A stretch of 64,000 nucleotides of DNA from Octopus bimaculoides (lineage: Eukaryota). Under the pieces are notes generated by a model that was not told the DNA's origin, searched no databases, and saw only the letters and a program-made list of their open reading frames with translations. Positions 52,897 to 63,795 of this stretch are shown here, piece by piece. The DNA lies in NCBI RefSeq assembly GCF_001194135.2, contig NC_068984.1, positions 66,209,991 to 66,273,990 of the forward strand, read 5' to 3'. Within the stretch, counting starts at the first letter, position 1. The number at the start of each line of letters is the position of its first letter. The position numbers were made by a program, and so were the translations under genes.

Positions 52897-53574
52897 TCTA
52901 TAATAATAAATGTCAAAGCGAATTTCTGTGTGTCAGTGTGTCACACTTTGAACCCCCCCTTCTCTCATTATTCAATGACACTTCTACTATTCCTCATGTT
53001 GAGGTAAGAGTAATAGTATTCATAGAAACGGTGAGGGTGGTAGTAGAGTGACAGTTGTGATGATAATGGGGTGATAGTAATAGTATGAGCTGTAGTTGCG
53101 ATAGAGGTGGAGGCGGTGATGATGATGGTGGTGTTGGTAGCCGAAGCAGTTAGGGATAGTAAACAATGTGAAAGACAGTAGTGATGGTGGTGGAGGGGAA
53201 GGTGGCAAAGTCAAAAGTATTGATGGTGGTGGCATCAGAAGTCTGAATGGTGTATGAATGGCAGTTGTGGTGGCGATGGTGGTGGTACTGGTGATGGTGA
53301 TGGTTGAAAGCAATCAACAGAAAGGGAAAGAGAGAAAGAAAGAGCTTAGATAGAAAAAATAGTGTACTGACCACTGAATGGGAAGACAAAAAATTGTTGT
53401 TTATCATGCAGCTTTGCAATAATTACCAATTATATCATTGTCATATCAATTATATCATTGTTTGAAAAATATTGGTCAAGATTAATAAAATTCAGTACGT
53501 ACTCAATGCATGAAGTGTCATTGTTGGGCTCAAGGCCCAACGAAGAGCCATCCAAAGGGTGACTTTTAAGCTAG
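52897..53574 (+). mobile_element. Probable non-autonomous Helitron
   Basis: Boundaries read A|TCTATAATAATAAA...AAGCTAG|T (5' TC, 3' CTAG, AT target). Subterminal stem-loops TTGGGC-TCAAG-GCCCAA (53524-53540) and a weaker one at about 53547-53563. Interior is GTG/GAT low complexity. Confidence 0.5.
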
Positions 53575-53607
<33 letters not shown>

Positions 53608-53991
53608 ATCTATAAAGGTTTAGATTTAGATTCAAAAATTGAATATGGTACTTATGTTTAGGCACCAGAATATAGTATGATATGGTATTATATAAAAACC
53701 ATTCCAAAAACTAGGTGATCAAAAAGTCAAAAATAAGCAACACGGATTTTAACGATGATTGCAGTACGCACGTTTCATGCTACTCCATTTATTTAAGTAA
53801 TGCGAGCATTACATTAAATGCAATATATAGAGCAATCTTCAGCTGTACGAAAATTACAGTAGAATAGACATATTATAATTGTGGCAACATTTCAAATCCA
53901 AGTGGGAGGAAGAAATACATACAAATCCATCTTGACATAGCCAAGTCTGGGCCAAACCATCCCAGCGTGAAGAAGGGGTGTTAAACGATGA

Positions 53992-54035
<44 letters not shown>

Positions 54036-54738
54036 CATAGTTTTTCCTTCCGTAGCTGTCATCTCTGATGAGTACAGGGTTACATAATCAGAATGTTATC
54101 TAACACTCTGTTGAACCCCTAGCGTGAAACCAATTGATAAGATCAGCCATAAGGGCTATATAAAACTGTACACTTCAATTAATATGTGTGTGTGTTTGTG
54201 TGTGTAATATATAGTATGTAAAAGGGATTACAAGCCAAGCTTTGTCCTCATGTAGAACAACTGTGTTCTGACTATCTCAATTGTATGTATGCAGATGTTT
54301 TTTTTTTTTATTTTTAAGGAGAAAACCATTAATACAATTTGAAATTCCTCAAATATATCAATTGCAAAGTATATCCATATTAAAACAAAAACTGGGCTTT
54401 ATGGTATTGCTTTTAATTCATACATACATATGCAAATGTATATATATATATACATACAAAATATGGGAGTTTAGTTCACTGGGTAAGTGCTGTAACAGAT
54501 TACCAGGGCTCCAAGTTCATACTCGAGATGGGAGTTATGGAACCATTGTAAATTTCTGATATAGCAGATATATATTTGTTAAAGAAGACAACAATCACTA
54601 AGGTAAGGCAAACACCTCAAGACATATACATTATTATAATTAAAAAATTTAGTCATACAGTTTTTTCTGTAAACTTTTTAATAATAATAACGTATATGAC
54701 TTGAGATTTGCCTTGCCTTAGTGTTTGTTGTCCTGTTT

Positions 54739-54779
<41 letters not shown>

Positions 54780-54902
54780 TATAGTTTTAGGGAAAATAAC
54801 CAATTTTCAAGAACTCATCGATGAAAATCCACTATCACATATAGAAAAATTAATAATTAAAAGCACAATAAATGAGTATAAATGATATATATATATATAT
54901 AT

Positions 54903-55164
54903 ATCAAAATAAGCAACAAGGATATCCAGAGGTAATGCAATATGATCGTTTCAAGCAACTCCATTTAATTGAATGATACAATCATTACACCAATTTAAAT
55001 GCAGAGCAATCCTCAGCTGCATAAAGACATAGAATTCTGTCTTTATGCAGCTGACAATCACTCTGTATTTAAATTGATGTAATGATTGCATCGTTCAATT
55101 AAATGGAGTTGCTTGAAATGGTCATACTGCATTACCTCTGGATATCCTTGCTGCTTATTTTGAT
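54903..55164. repeat. 262-bp near-perfect palindrome (hairpin element)
   Basis: Arms of about 127 bp with roughly 12 mismatches, centred on AGAATTCT. A related single arm lies at about 53730-53850. Confidence 0.95.
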
Positions 55165-56874
55165 TTTAATCACCTTATTTTGAAATTGTATGGATAGTAC
55201 CGTACTAAATTCTGGTGCCTCAACTTAAGTATCTAATTCATCTGAATCTCTCTNNNNNNNNNNNNNNNNNNNNNNNNNNNNNNNNNNNNNNNNNNNNNNN
55301 NNNNNNNNNNNNNNNNNNNNNNNNNNNNNNNNNNNNNNNNNNNNNNNNNNNNNNNNNNNNNNNNNNNNNNNNNNNNNNNNNNNNNNNNNNNNNNNNNNNN
55401 NNNNNNNNNNNNNNNNNNNNNNNNNNNNNNNNNNNNNNNNNNNNNNNNNNNNNNNNNNNNNNNNNNNNNNNNNNNNNNNNNNNNNNNNNNNNNNNNNNNN
55501 NNNNNNNNNNNNNNNNNNNNNNNNNNNNNNNNNNNNNNNNNNNNNNNNNNNNNNNNNNNNNNNNNNNNNNNNNNNNNNNNNNNNNNNNNNNNNNNNNNNN
55601 NNNNNNNNNNNNNNNNNNNNNNATATATATATATATATACGTATGAAGTTTCAAAAATAAAATAATACATTACTACTCTATATAATGTATCAAGTTCCCC
55701 TTTTGTAAATGCAAATGCACTTTCCCTAAGCATGAAAATTAGTAGATATCTCTGTGATAGTAATTCATAATTCTTTGAAATTTCCTCTTCTTTTCTTTGA
55801 GAATAAGTAATAATTATTCTTGGCAATAATTATTAGTTCAGTGAGAATTTTCAACATAGTTATTCAGTACATCAACACATCATATACATCACACCTTTAT
55901 ATACATATATATATATATGAGTGTGTGTGTTTGTGTGTGTATATATATATGTGTGTGTGTTTGAGTGTGTATATGCGTGTGTGTCTGAATGTGTATATGT
56001 GTGTGTATACGTAGTGAAAGAAGAAGAGGTGGGAGGAGAGAACAAGACTGAACTCATATAAAATAAAATTATAAAATATTATTTTATTGAGGTTAATCTT
56101 AAACATGTAGTATGAGCGTCTACAATACTGATTACCATCAGGATATTTTAAAGATATTACTGTATTAAATCTTGCATAAAACAACTTCCTAGTACATGAT
56201 TTATTCAAATATTGGATGATGTGTAAGATAAGATAATTGAGAACTCTATTTAAAAGTGGTCTAGCAAGAGATGTATTTTTATATCTGATGTCTTTGTCCA
56301 TTAAAAGAGAAACATTAGAAAACAGATTTATAATAGTTTCAAGCACAAGCACAAGTTAAACAAAATCTTTAAAGGGAAGGGTGTGTAGTCAATTAATCGA
56401 TTATATTGATTAAATCATTTGACTGGTGTCCATTTTTATGGACACAGGAGATATGAAAAGCAAGGCTGATCTCAGTGAGATTTGAACTTGAAACATAGAA
56501 AGATGCAACAAAATGACTGAAGTTCTTTTGTCTGATGGCTATCATTTCTCTCCTTATTTTTAAAATTAAAAAAAAAGCATTTAAAAGATAATTATCCTAT
56601 GTGCTAAGTCTAATGAATAAAGTTAATTTAAAATAGACGTACATGATCAAAATACCAGTCTTCTTGATACTAGGAGAAGCAGTTTAGATACTGTGGTATT
56701 TATGCTTTATTCAAAGACATTTAGTGAACTAAGTGAAATATAGCTATTCCATGAATGGAATCTAGATAGGACACTCAGTTTTGTAAGAATTTATCAACCG
56801 TGCTGTTACTGATCATATGATGATGATGATCATCATAATAATAATAATAATAATAATAACAATAATAATAATAA

Positions 56875-57430
56875 CTGCTTTGATGCAGTTCTAAGCAGTG
56901 GCTCGTATGGCTTCTGATCTTAACTGATTGGAAGTGTTATCGTGTACATTGTTTTGTCTCGGTATAAAAGATGGGCTACAGCAAATATTCTGCTTAATAC
57001 CATAGATTTGCTTGTCAATTGCTTGACCTTCACCAGTTGAGCATATCCCTTAGTGGCTGATGATATGTGCATCACTAAGCATGAGCAGAAGTAGGTGGGG
57101 AGCATCACATCCATGTGTTTAGAGGAATTCTTTGGGGTTTTAATAAATCACTTCTGGCGGCATGGGTGTTTTGTTCATCATCCTTAAACAAACCTTATTC
57201 AGAGATCTTTTGAGTAGGATGGGCTACTCAATCTAAAGAAACTTCTAACTGGGGCCCACCTACAAGATCATGCACTGTTTATCTTGATATGAGATCACTA
57301 TGTCGTGCACATATGGTTGTGATGCATGTACCTTATGTACCCTTATCAAACTGAAGCCCACGATAGGTATACTGAGCTTTGTATATTTTTACCCAGTGTC
57401 ACTTTGATTGCATGCATTGCTCTCTCACTC
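56875..57430 (+). mobile_element. ~560-bp interspersed element inserted in (AAT)n
   Basis: (AAT)n-ACTGCTTTGATGCAG...GCTCTCTCACTC-(AAT)n; reverse-complement homolog at 24995-25555. Confidence 0.82.
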
Positions 57431-57460
57431 AATAATAATAATAATAATAATAATAATGAT

Positions 57461-57946
57461 AAAGGTCACTCAAAATGTGAAAACAAACACACTCTGGGAT
57501 ATGCCAATACACACCAGATAGAGAAATTAAGACTAACAACTAGATATAGTTATCAGAGATCACCAAAAAAAAAGATGCCTTCTAATCGATGTATCAATAC
57601 CAACAGATGACAATGTTTCTCTAAAAGAAATGGAGCAACTTTCAAAATACAATGATCTGAAAATAGAGGTAACTCGAATGTGGAGCCTAAAAACAGAAAA
57701 AATATCTATAATAGTAGGTGCATTATGCATGATAAAAAACATTCAGACAAATACATGACAAAACACCAGGACTTACAAGTATATATAACATACAGAAAAA
57801 TAACACTACTAGGTACCACACACATCCTATGTAAAGCACTTTCAATACAGTGAAAATGAGTGTACAACAAACCACAGCACATACCCAAGACACACAGAGC
57901 TTGGTAATGCAGTGAAAGCACATGATAAAAATAAGATTACTGAATA
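57461..57946 (+). mobile_element. 5'-truncated R4/Dong-type LINE: restriction-like endonuclease domain and 3' UTR
   Basis: With frameshifts it reads TLWDMPIHT/DREIKTN/LDIVIRDHQKKRCLLIDVSIPTDDNVSLKEMEQLSKYNDLKIEVTRMWSLKTEKISIIVGAL...HIL.KALSIQ* (stop at 57851-57853). Flanked by (AAT)n on both sides. Confidence 0.88.
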
Positions 57947-59491
57947 GTAATAATAATAATTTACAAAAATCTATGTATGTACTATTAAACTTTGGAATGA
58001 AATTGAAGATATAACATTTTGTACAAAACTCATTTAGATTATTCATAAGACAGTTGACTAATAAACTATGGGACGAATTCAAAAACATAACCTATTATAG
58101 ATACAACATTTATATTATTCATATAATTCATAAAACTGATGAATAAATACTTTAAATAAAGTATGATTTGTGTACGTACATATGTGTGTGTGTGTGTGTG
58201 TATGTATGTGTGTGTATCATGTGTGTGTGTGTGTGTGTATGTATGTGTGTGTATGTGCATGTGTGTGTGTGTGTATGTGTGTGTGTGCATGTATTTACAG
58301 GAGCAACTTCTGTGGTTTGTTCACAGCAACTGTGGTTTCAAATTCAGCCATATTAACTTTTCTCTGTTTCGAATATAAGGACATACCATAGTACAATGTA
58401 TTAAGATTTGTTCAAGCTTTATCAATATAGTTTTGGCGTAGCAGAGTAATATTATACATAGATTATATTTTTGATTTCAATCCATAGTTAAGATTGTTTA
58501 CTTCTTGATGGAAAGATAAAAATAATGGATAACAACTCCCAATGCAGAAGAAGTGACAAGTGTCTAATAAAGAATATTTTTATAAAAATATATTTTCCCA
58601 AGACTATATTTCCAGTGCTATGTACGTGGACTTCACACTATCTCAAGAAGGAAACAATTCTGAAGAATTATTCCATTTTTGTATTTGATTTGCAAGATTC
58701 TTGATGTGAATTTGTGCATTGAAACAAATTTTGTTGCATCCTGAGAGTGTAATTACACCAATAATAATAGCACACACACAGGTTCAATTCCACTTCTTTA
58801 TTATTAGTCAATCCAACTGTCTAATCACTGAAAAGGTTGCTAACAGCAATGAAAGAAATTTGATGTACAAATAAACTGATTGACTGTTTAACCAATATGC
58901 TGGACAAATGATCAATTAATTAGTTGGTTAGTTACTCAATCAACTGACTAATAAAAAGAAGTAGAATGGGGTCTGTGCATGTGTTGTTATTATTATCGGC
59001 ATAATGACTAGACACAGCAAAATTCTAAAGAAACAACTTTGAAAATAAAATTATGTGTTTTATGTACACATAAGACCTTTTTATAAATTTCAAAATAACC
59101 ATGGAATTTCTGCAGGATCAGCTAGTTTTCATTATTGCATTGACATTGTGTATATTTAATTTTCTAATGAGCTGAGCCCATAATTGAAGCTGTAGCTAAT
59201 TAACTTCACTTTGTAAAAAGCATCACAGTCATGCTTTCTAATTTTATCCTTTCCTAAGCAATGGTGTTGTTTTGCGAGACAAGAGCAACCTTCATTTATG
59301 ATTGTTTGAAATAAGTTCACAACACAGATTAAGTTTCCAGTGGTGACCTTTTCATTTTTAATTTTCATATACCTGCATCAGACATGATAACATCTGTAAC
59401 AAATATCCCACTAATCATAGGATTTGGGTACACTTCCATCATTATCAAGCAATTTGTAAAGCCTTATGTCATTATCAACGCTAAACAACAC

Positions 59492-59591
59492 CTCGGAACT
59501 TTCCAGGAAGTAGCTTGTACTCGGAAATTCCCAAGAAGTCCATTCCTCGGAACTTTCCAGGAAGTCCCAGCCTCAAAACTTTCCATGAAGT
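59492..59591. promoter_or_regulatory. Four-unit array of overlapping NF-kB-like and STAT (GAS) consensus sites
   Basis: Units CTCGGAACTTTCCAGGAAGT (59492), CTCGGAAATTCCCAAGAAGT (59520), CTCGGAACTTTCCAGGAAGT (59546) and CTCAAAACTTTCCATGAAGT (59572). TTCN3GAA occurs at 59501, 59555 and 59581; GGAAATTCCC (reverse complement GGGAATTTCC) at 59523. The repeat is seen directly; the regulatory function is inferred. Confidence 0.6.
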
Positions 59592-59629
59592 AGCCCATAT
59601 GTGTTTTGGGGAAAGAGGATCTTTTGAAG

Positions 59630-60092
59630 TGGGCGTCAAATGAAAAGAGACATGGACAGTTTTATGACTGAACTTCTTTTGAAGTTTGCATGAGACGGAA
59701 GAATCGATGTGTGTGCGTGTGTGTGTGTGTATGTTTGATGGGGTGTGCGAGACAGAGAGAGAAAGAAAGAGAGAGATAACTGAAATTTTCTATTCAGTTT
59801 TTGTAGTGAGTGAATGTGTGAGTGATTGACGGTGAAAAAAACGAGAGAGAGAGAGTAAATATGTTTGTAAGTATGTATGTGTGAATGGCTTCAGTGACAC
59901 ACACTCACATACACGCACGCATGCAGGTTGATTTAATCGATTTTCTCGGTAACTATGGGGGCTAGGAAAAAATACAAAGCACGTTCCAATCCATGCACCC
60001 GTCTCCACATGTGTGCCATTTTTCACGCGAATCCACCCAGCCGTTTGACCATGAACCTCGAGACAAGAAAGAATACAACAGTCGCCAATGTT
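59630..60092. promoter_or_regulatory. CpG-enriched non-repeat island, promoter-like
   Basis: Many CG dinucleotides in a CpG-poor background, CCAAT at about 59986 and 60085, CGGAAG and ATCGAT motifs, and GA/GT tracts. Strand not determinable. Confidence 0.35.
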
Positions 60093-60110
60093 CAATTTAT
60101 ATTATAGATA

Positions 60111-60272
60111 TATGACAGGCTTCTTTCAATTTCTGTCTACGAAATCCATTCACAAGCTTTTGGTGGGTCTGAGACTATTGTAGAAAACATTTGCCCTAGG
60201 TGCTACGCAGTGGGATTGAACCCGGAACCATGTGGTTGGGAAGTAAGCTCCTTACTACACAGCCATTCTTGC
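60111..60272 (-). mobile_element. SINE family B, 5' half
   Basis: GACAGGCTTCTTTCA.TTTC.GTCTAC.AAATCCA...GCAGTGGGATTGAACCCGGAACCATGTGGTTGG...ACACAGCCA. Confidence 0.82.
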
Positions 60273-61536
60273 ACTTTTTTGTAACACTCTGCTGCTTTCA
60301 TATTTACATACATTTAATAAGAAATTTGCATTTCCTCTATATAATAGTTTCAACTCTTACACATGCATGTACATAAATTAAATAGCAGAAGTGCATGTAG
60401 ATATTTTCCAAGAATTGTATCTTGTAGCTTGCGTTACAGTTCTTTTGAAGTTTTAAAGCTCTAAATGATATGAGGATAAAGCAAAAATATTGAAATGAAA
60501 GGTTGATTGAAAAGGAAAATATTTTGCCATTCAAATATCTACATTAACAGAAAGTAGTGTTTTGGATATTCAATTAGTAAGTAACAGAGGAAGAATTTCA
60601 CTGTTAAATGTAAAACAATGTAGAGATGTTTATATTTAAGGAAAAAATACAATGAAAGTTAGAAATGATGATGAAGTAGAAATGTAAAATTCCAACTAGG
60701 ATATAACATCAATGATCAAAGGAACACATACTGAGCTACTTAACAAAATTGGTAGTTTTCAAACTTTACACTTTAATACAAAGTTCAACAACAAACCTAA
60801 ACAGAAACCATCCAAAAGCCAAGAAACTCTGGTCACAACAATGACATCAAAAGATGTCGACATGATAAACGAAAAATTATGTAAAACATGAGATGAACAT
60901 TTAGCACCAAATGATCATTATATAAGTTTTATTTACATCAAGAGAGAAATACCAGGGAATATCAATAATATTATTGAAAATACTATTGATTTGTTATATA
61001 GACACAGACACAAAGCCTCAAATTAATTAGTCTTGTATGGCAGCTTTATATTGTTTTGTCTGTCTTCATCATTTCCTAAATGCTCTCAGTTATATTATGT
61101 ACATTCTGCTTCTTGTTTCTGTTCATTGAGACAATGGATACCCTTCCTTCCGTCAAGGTTACTGAATTATCCACTTAATGTTTTTACTACATTACAGAGC
61201 TGCAGGTGATTTGTTTTTATTTTGAATTTATATCGTTGACTACTTTAAAATTTTCATTCTTAACCCTTTCACTGTGAAATTAAAGTTCATGGTTATTTCA
61301 GTAATGAAGTTAAATATTGTTACGATCAGACAAATTAATAATGTAAGAAAAAGGGGTAACCTTCTGATCGCAACAACAAAGTGTTCAAACAGGGAAGTAA
61401 ATGTTCATATATGGAGATTATGTCCAGTCTCAATGGTTTCAAGGTAGGCAGTGAATGGTCCGACCCGTATGCATCTCCGTCTCTCATTCTGGTTCTATCC
61501 GCGCCAAGCTCCAGCTATCTTCCCCGCTCCCCTTTT

Positions 61537-61717
61537 TAACAGAAAGTACGAGATTACCTGCCTTGCTCGTTAACAGGAAGTGTACGAGGTTACCTGTCTC
61601 GTACTATGCTAACTTCCTGTATATATAATTGGTTATCCATACCAACGTTATTTCATTTCTGCCAAACGGTCGTTGACAAACGTTTATCTCGCCACCTTCG
61701 GAAAATATAGGGTAAGT
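61537..61717 (+). promoter_or_regulatory. Candidate Pol II core promoter and non-coding first exon (about 61655-61711)
   Basis: ETS-type ACAGGAAGT at 61573 and on the reverse strand at 61612-61620; TATATATAA at 61620-61628; Inr-like TCATTT at 61653-61658 with its A 31 nt after the TATAA start; donor AGG|GTAAGT at 61711/61712; locally CpG-rich. Confidence 0.55.
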
Positions 61718-62303
61718 TCTCACCCTTCATTATCTTATCGGAATACATAACAATATTTATGGAAAAAAAAAAATCATATAGAATTGGTATTTTTTGCAAG
61801 TCACATTGCTTCAATAAACTTAACATATCTGAAGAGAAAATAGTTTCAACCATGACATTTCTCAACAAAAGGTAGATTGGTATATAAAACTGTTTTCCAC
61901 AGGTAAAGGTAATGAAATTTTGAGTGAATATATTTGCTTTGCATAGTAAAAGGGTTAAAAGCAAAAATCCTTTTGTATATAATCAGATATTTTTTTGTTT
62001 TATGATCAAAAAGTGATATTGAAAACATTGACATTATTTAACAATTTCCTGACATGCTGAAGAGACCACCAATCTTTTTGTTGCTTCTCCAAAAATTACT
62101 TTAGGGTTCTGTTTTGAACAAGAAAGTTTGCAAATGTGCCCCAAAACAGCTTTTTAAATTTTTAATTCCTTCTTTCTTCTTCCCATTTTTTTGTTTTAAA
62201 CTTTTTCAAAACTCCTTTGTATTTTTTGGCGGTAGAAGAAGAGGGTGGGAATTCTATATTTAAAATAAGGGAGGTACAATAATGGAAAAATATTTTTTCA
62301 AAT

Positions 62304-62412
62304 TCTCTCTTTTACTCTTTTACTTGTTTTAGTCATTTGACTGTGACCATGCTGAAGCATTGCCTTTAGTCGAGCAAATTGACCCCAGGACTTATTCTTT
62401 GTAAGCCTAGTA
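62304..62412 (-). mobile_element. SINE family B, 3' end only
   Basis: CTCTTTTACTCTTTTACTTGTTTTAGTCATTTGACTG...GACCCCAGGACTTATTCTTTGTAAGCCTAGTA. Confidence 0.82.
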
Positions 62413-63653
62413 TGTTTCTATATTTTTGCTTCACCATATCAAAAACATTAAAAAAAATGTAAGTCAAGTTTAAGTGCAGTTAAATTGTAGCAGAGGTACA
62501 ATTTTTCAGGACAAGGCTTGAAACAAACCTAAAAATCAAGTCTTCAACACTGTAACATTGTATATAATATAATCTAATATTCTTAAACTTGTTTACATTA
62601 CTTCCTGTAATAGTTCATAATTTCCTTCAGTGCTTCTTTATTTAAACAGCTTTATTATTTTTTTTTTTCAAATAATAATGTTAAAGAATAATAATAAAAG
62701 AATTATATGCGATAAGATGTATGCTCTTCTCTCTCTTTATATACTCAGAAGTAATTTTCTTCCCCGAACAGCAACTCTCTTTCATTTTCTATCTCTACAA
62801 CATTATACACAGCTTCCAATAAGATCACTATATATAAACAGAATATGTGTTTTATGTGTGTAAATGGTATTTCTTGTAGAACAACTTGCTTCCCCACTTC
62901 TGTTTTAAATGTTAGTTTTCTTTTTCTATGTAAAGACATACTGTAGAAGTATTTGTTCGTCAGTAAAGAACTTAAAATTTCAATATTTGTAGGCTTGGCC
63001 CAAGTGTATATTGTATGTAGCTAATAACTTCCTGAAGGTTCAGCTTCCTTTTGTTTTCATGCTGCAAACTGTCATCCACCATCCTCCTCCTCATCATCAT
63101 TATCATTATCATCGTCATCTTCATCATAATCATCATCGTAACAGATGAGTTCATTTATAAAATATTTAGCCACATCATCTCTTGAGTGTTTCATTAACAA
63201 AGACTGATTATCAGTTAGATAATGTAAATCATATAGTCAAATAGTATTGATTGTCAAGTCTTCAGAGATGTGAAACTCTCATTTGTATGATTATTTGTTG
63301 TAGAGTGTAAAATTTAAACTGCACCATATAAACAAAAACACACACACACACACACAAACATATGCACACACATACATACACACAAACATACATACATGGA
63401 TACATACATACAAACATACAAACATACATACATACATACATATATCTATTTACATATAAGAAAATGAGATGATGAATAAAAAATAAAAAATTAAAGAATA
63501 CTTTCAAATACAATCCACTACCTATTTAAAAATTTGTTCTCACTCTTATAAAATTGATCCAACAACCCTACCATCACATGTAATGTTTCTACATTTTTGC
63601 TTCACCATACCAAAAACATATTAAAAAAAGTCAAGTTTAAGCACAGTTAAATT
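62412..63653 (+). repeat. ~70-bp direct repeat pair (62412-62486 and 63583-63653)
   Basis: ATGTTTCTA.ATTTTTGCTTCACCATA.CAAAAACAT...AAGTCAAGTTTAAG..CAGTTAAATT in both. Confidence 0.85.
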
Positions 63654-63749
63654 ATCTTATGAACTTCATTAGCATGGAGCTGTTTCTGATATAAGATGCA
63701 GTGGACTCATACTTGAGTGCCTCGGCAACCCCTTATAGCTTCATTGGAG

Positions 63750-63795
<46 letters not shown>

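Noticed and set aside
59492-59591. CRISPR-like appearance of short repeats with variable spacers
   Set aside because: Eukaryotic context, spacers of only 6-8 bp, and no cas genes.
59384-59593. 69-aa ORF containing the repeated LGTFQEV
   Set aside because: The peptide repeat simply reflects the DNA motif array. Unit spacings of 28 and 26 bp are not multiples of three, arguing against coding.
61264-61954. TTAA-CCCTTT...AAAGGG-TTAA pair suggesting a 690-bp piggyBac-like element around the promoter
   Set aside because: Only about 16 bp of imperfect terminal similarity, and such ends are common MITE fragments here. Not excluded; if real it would mean the promoter is transposon-borne.
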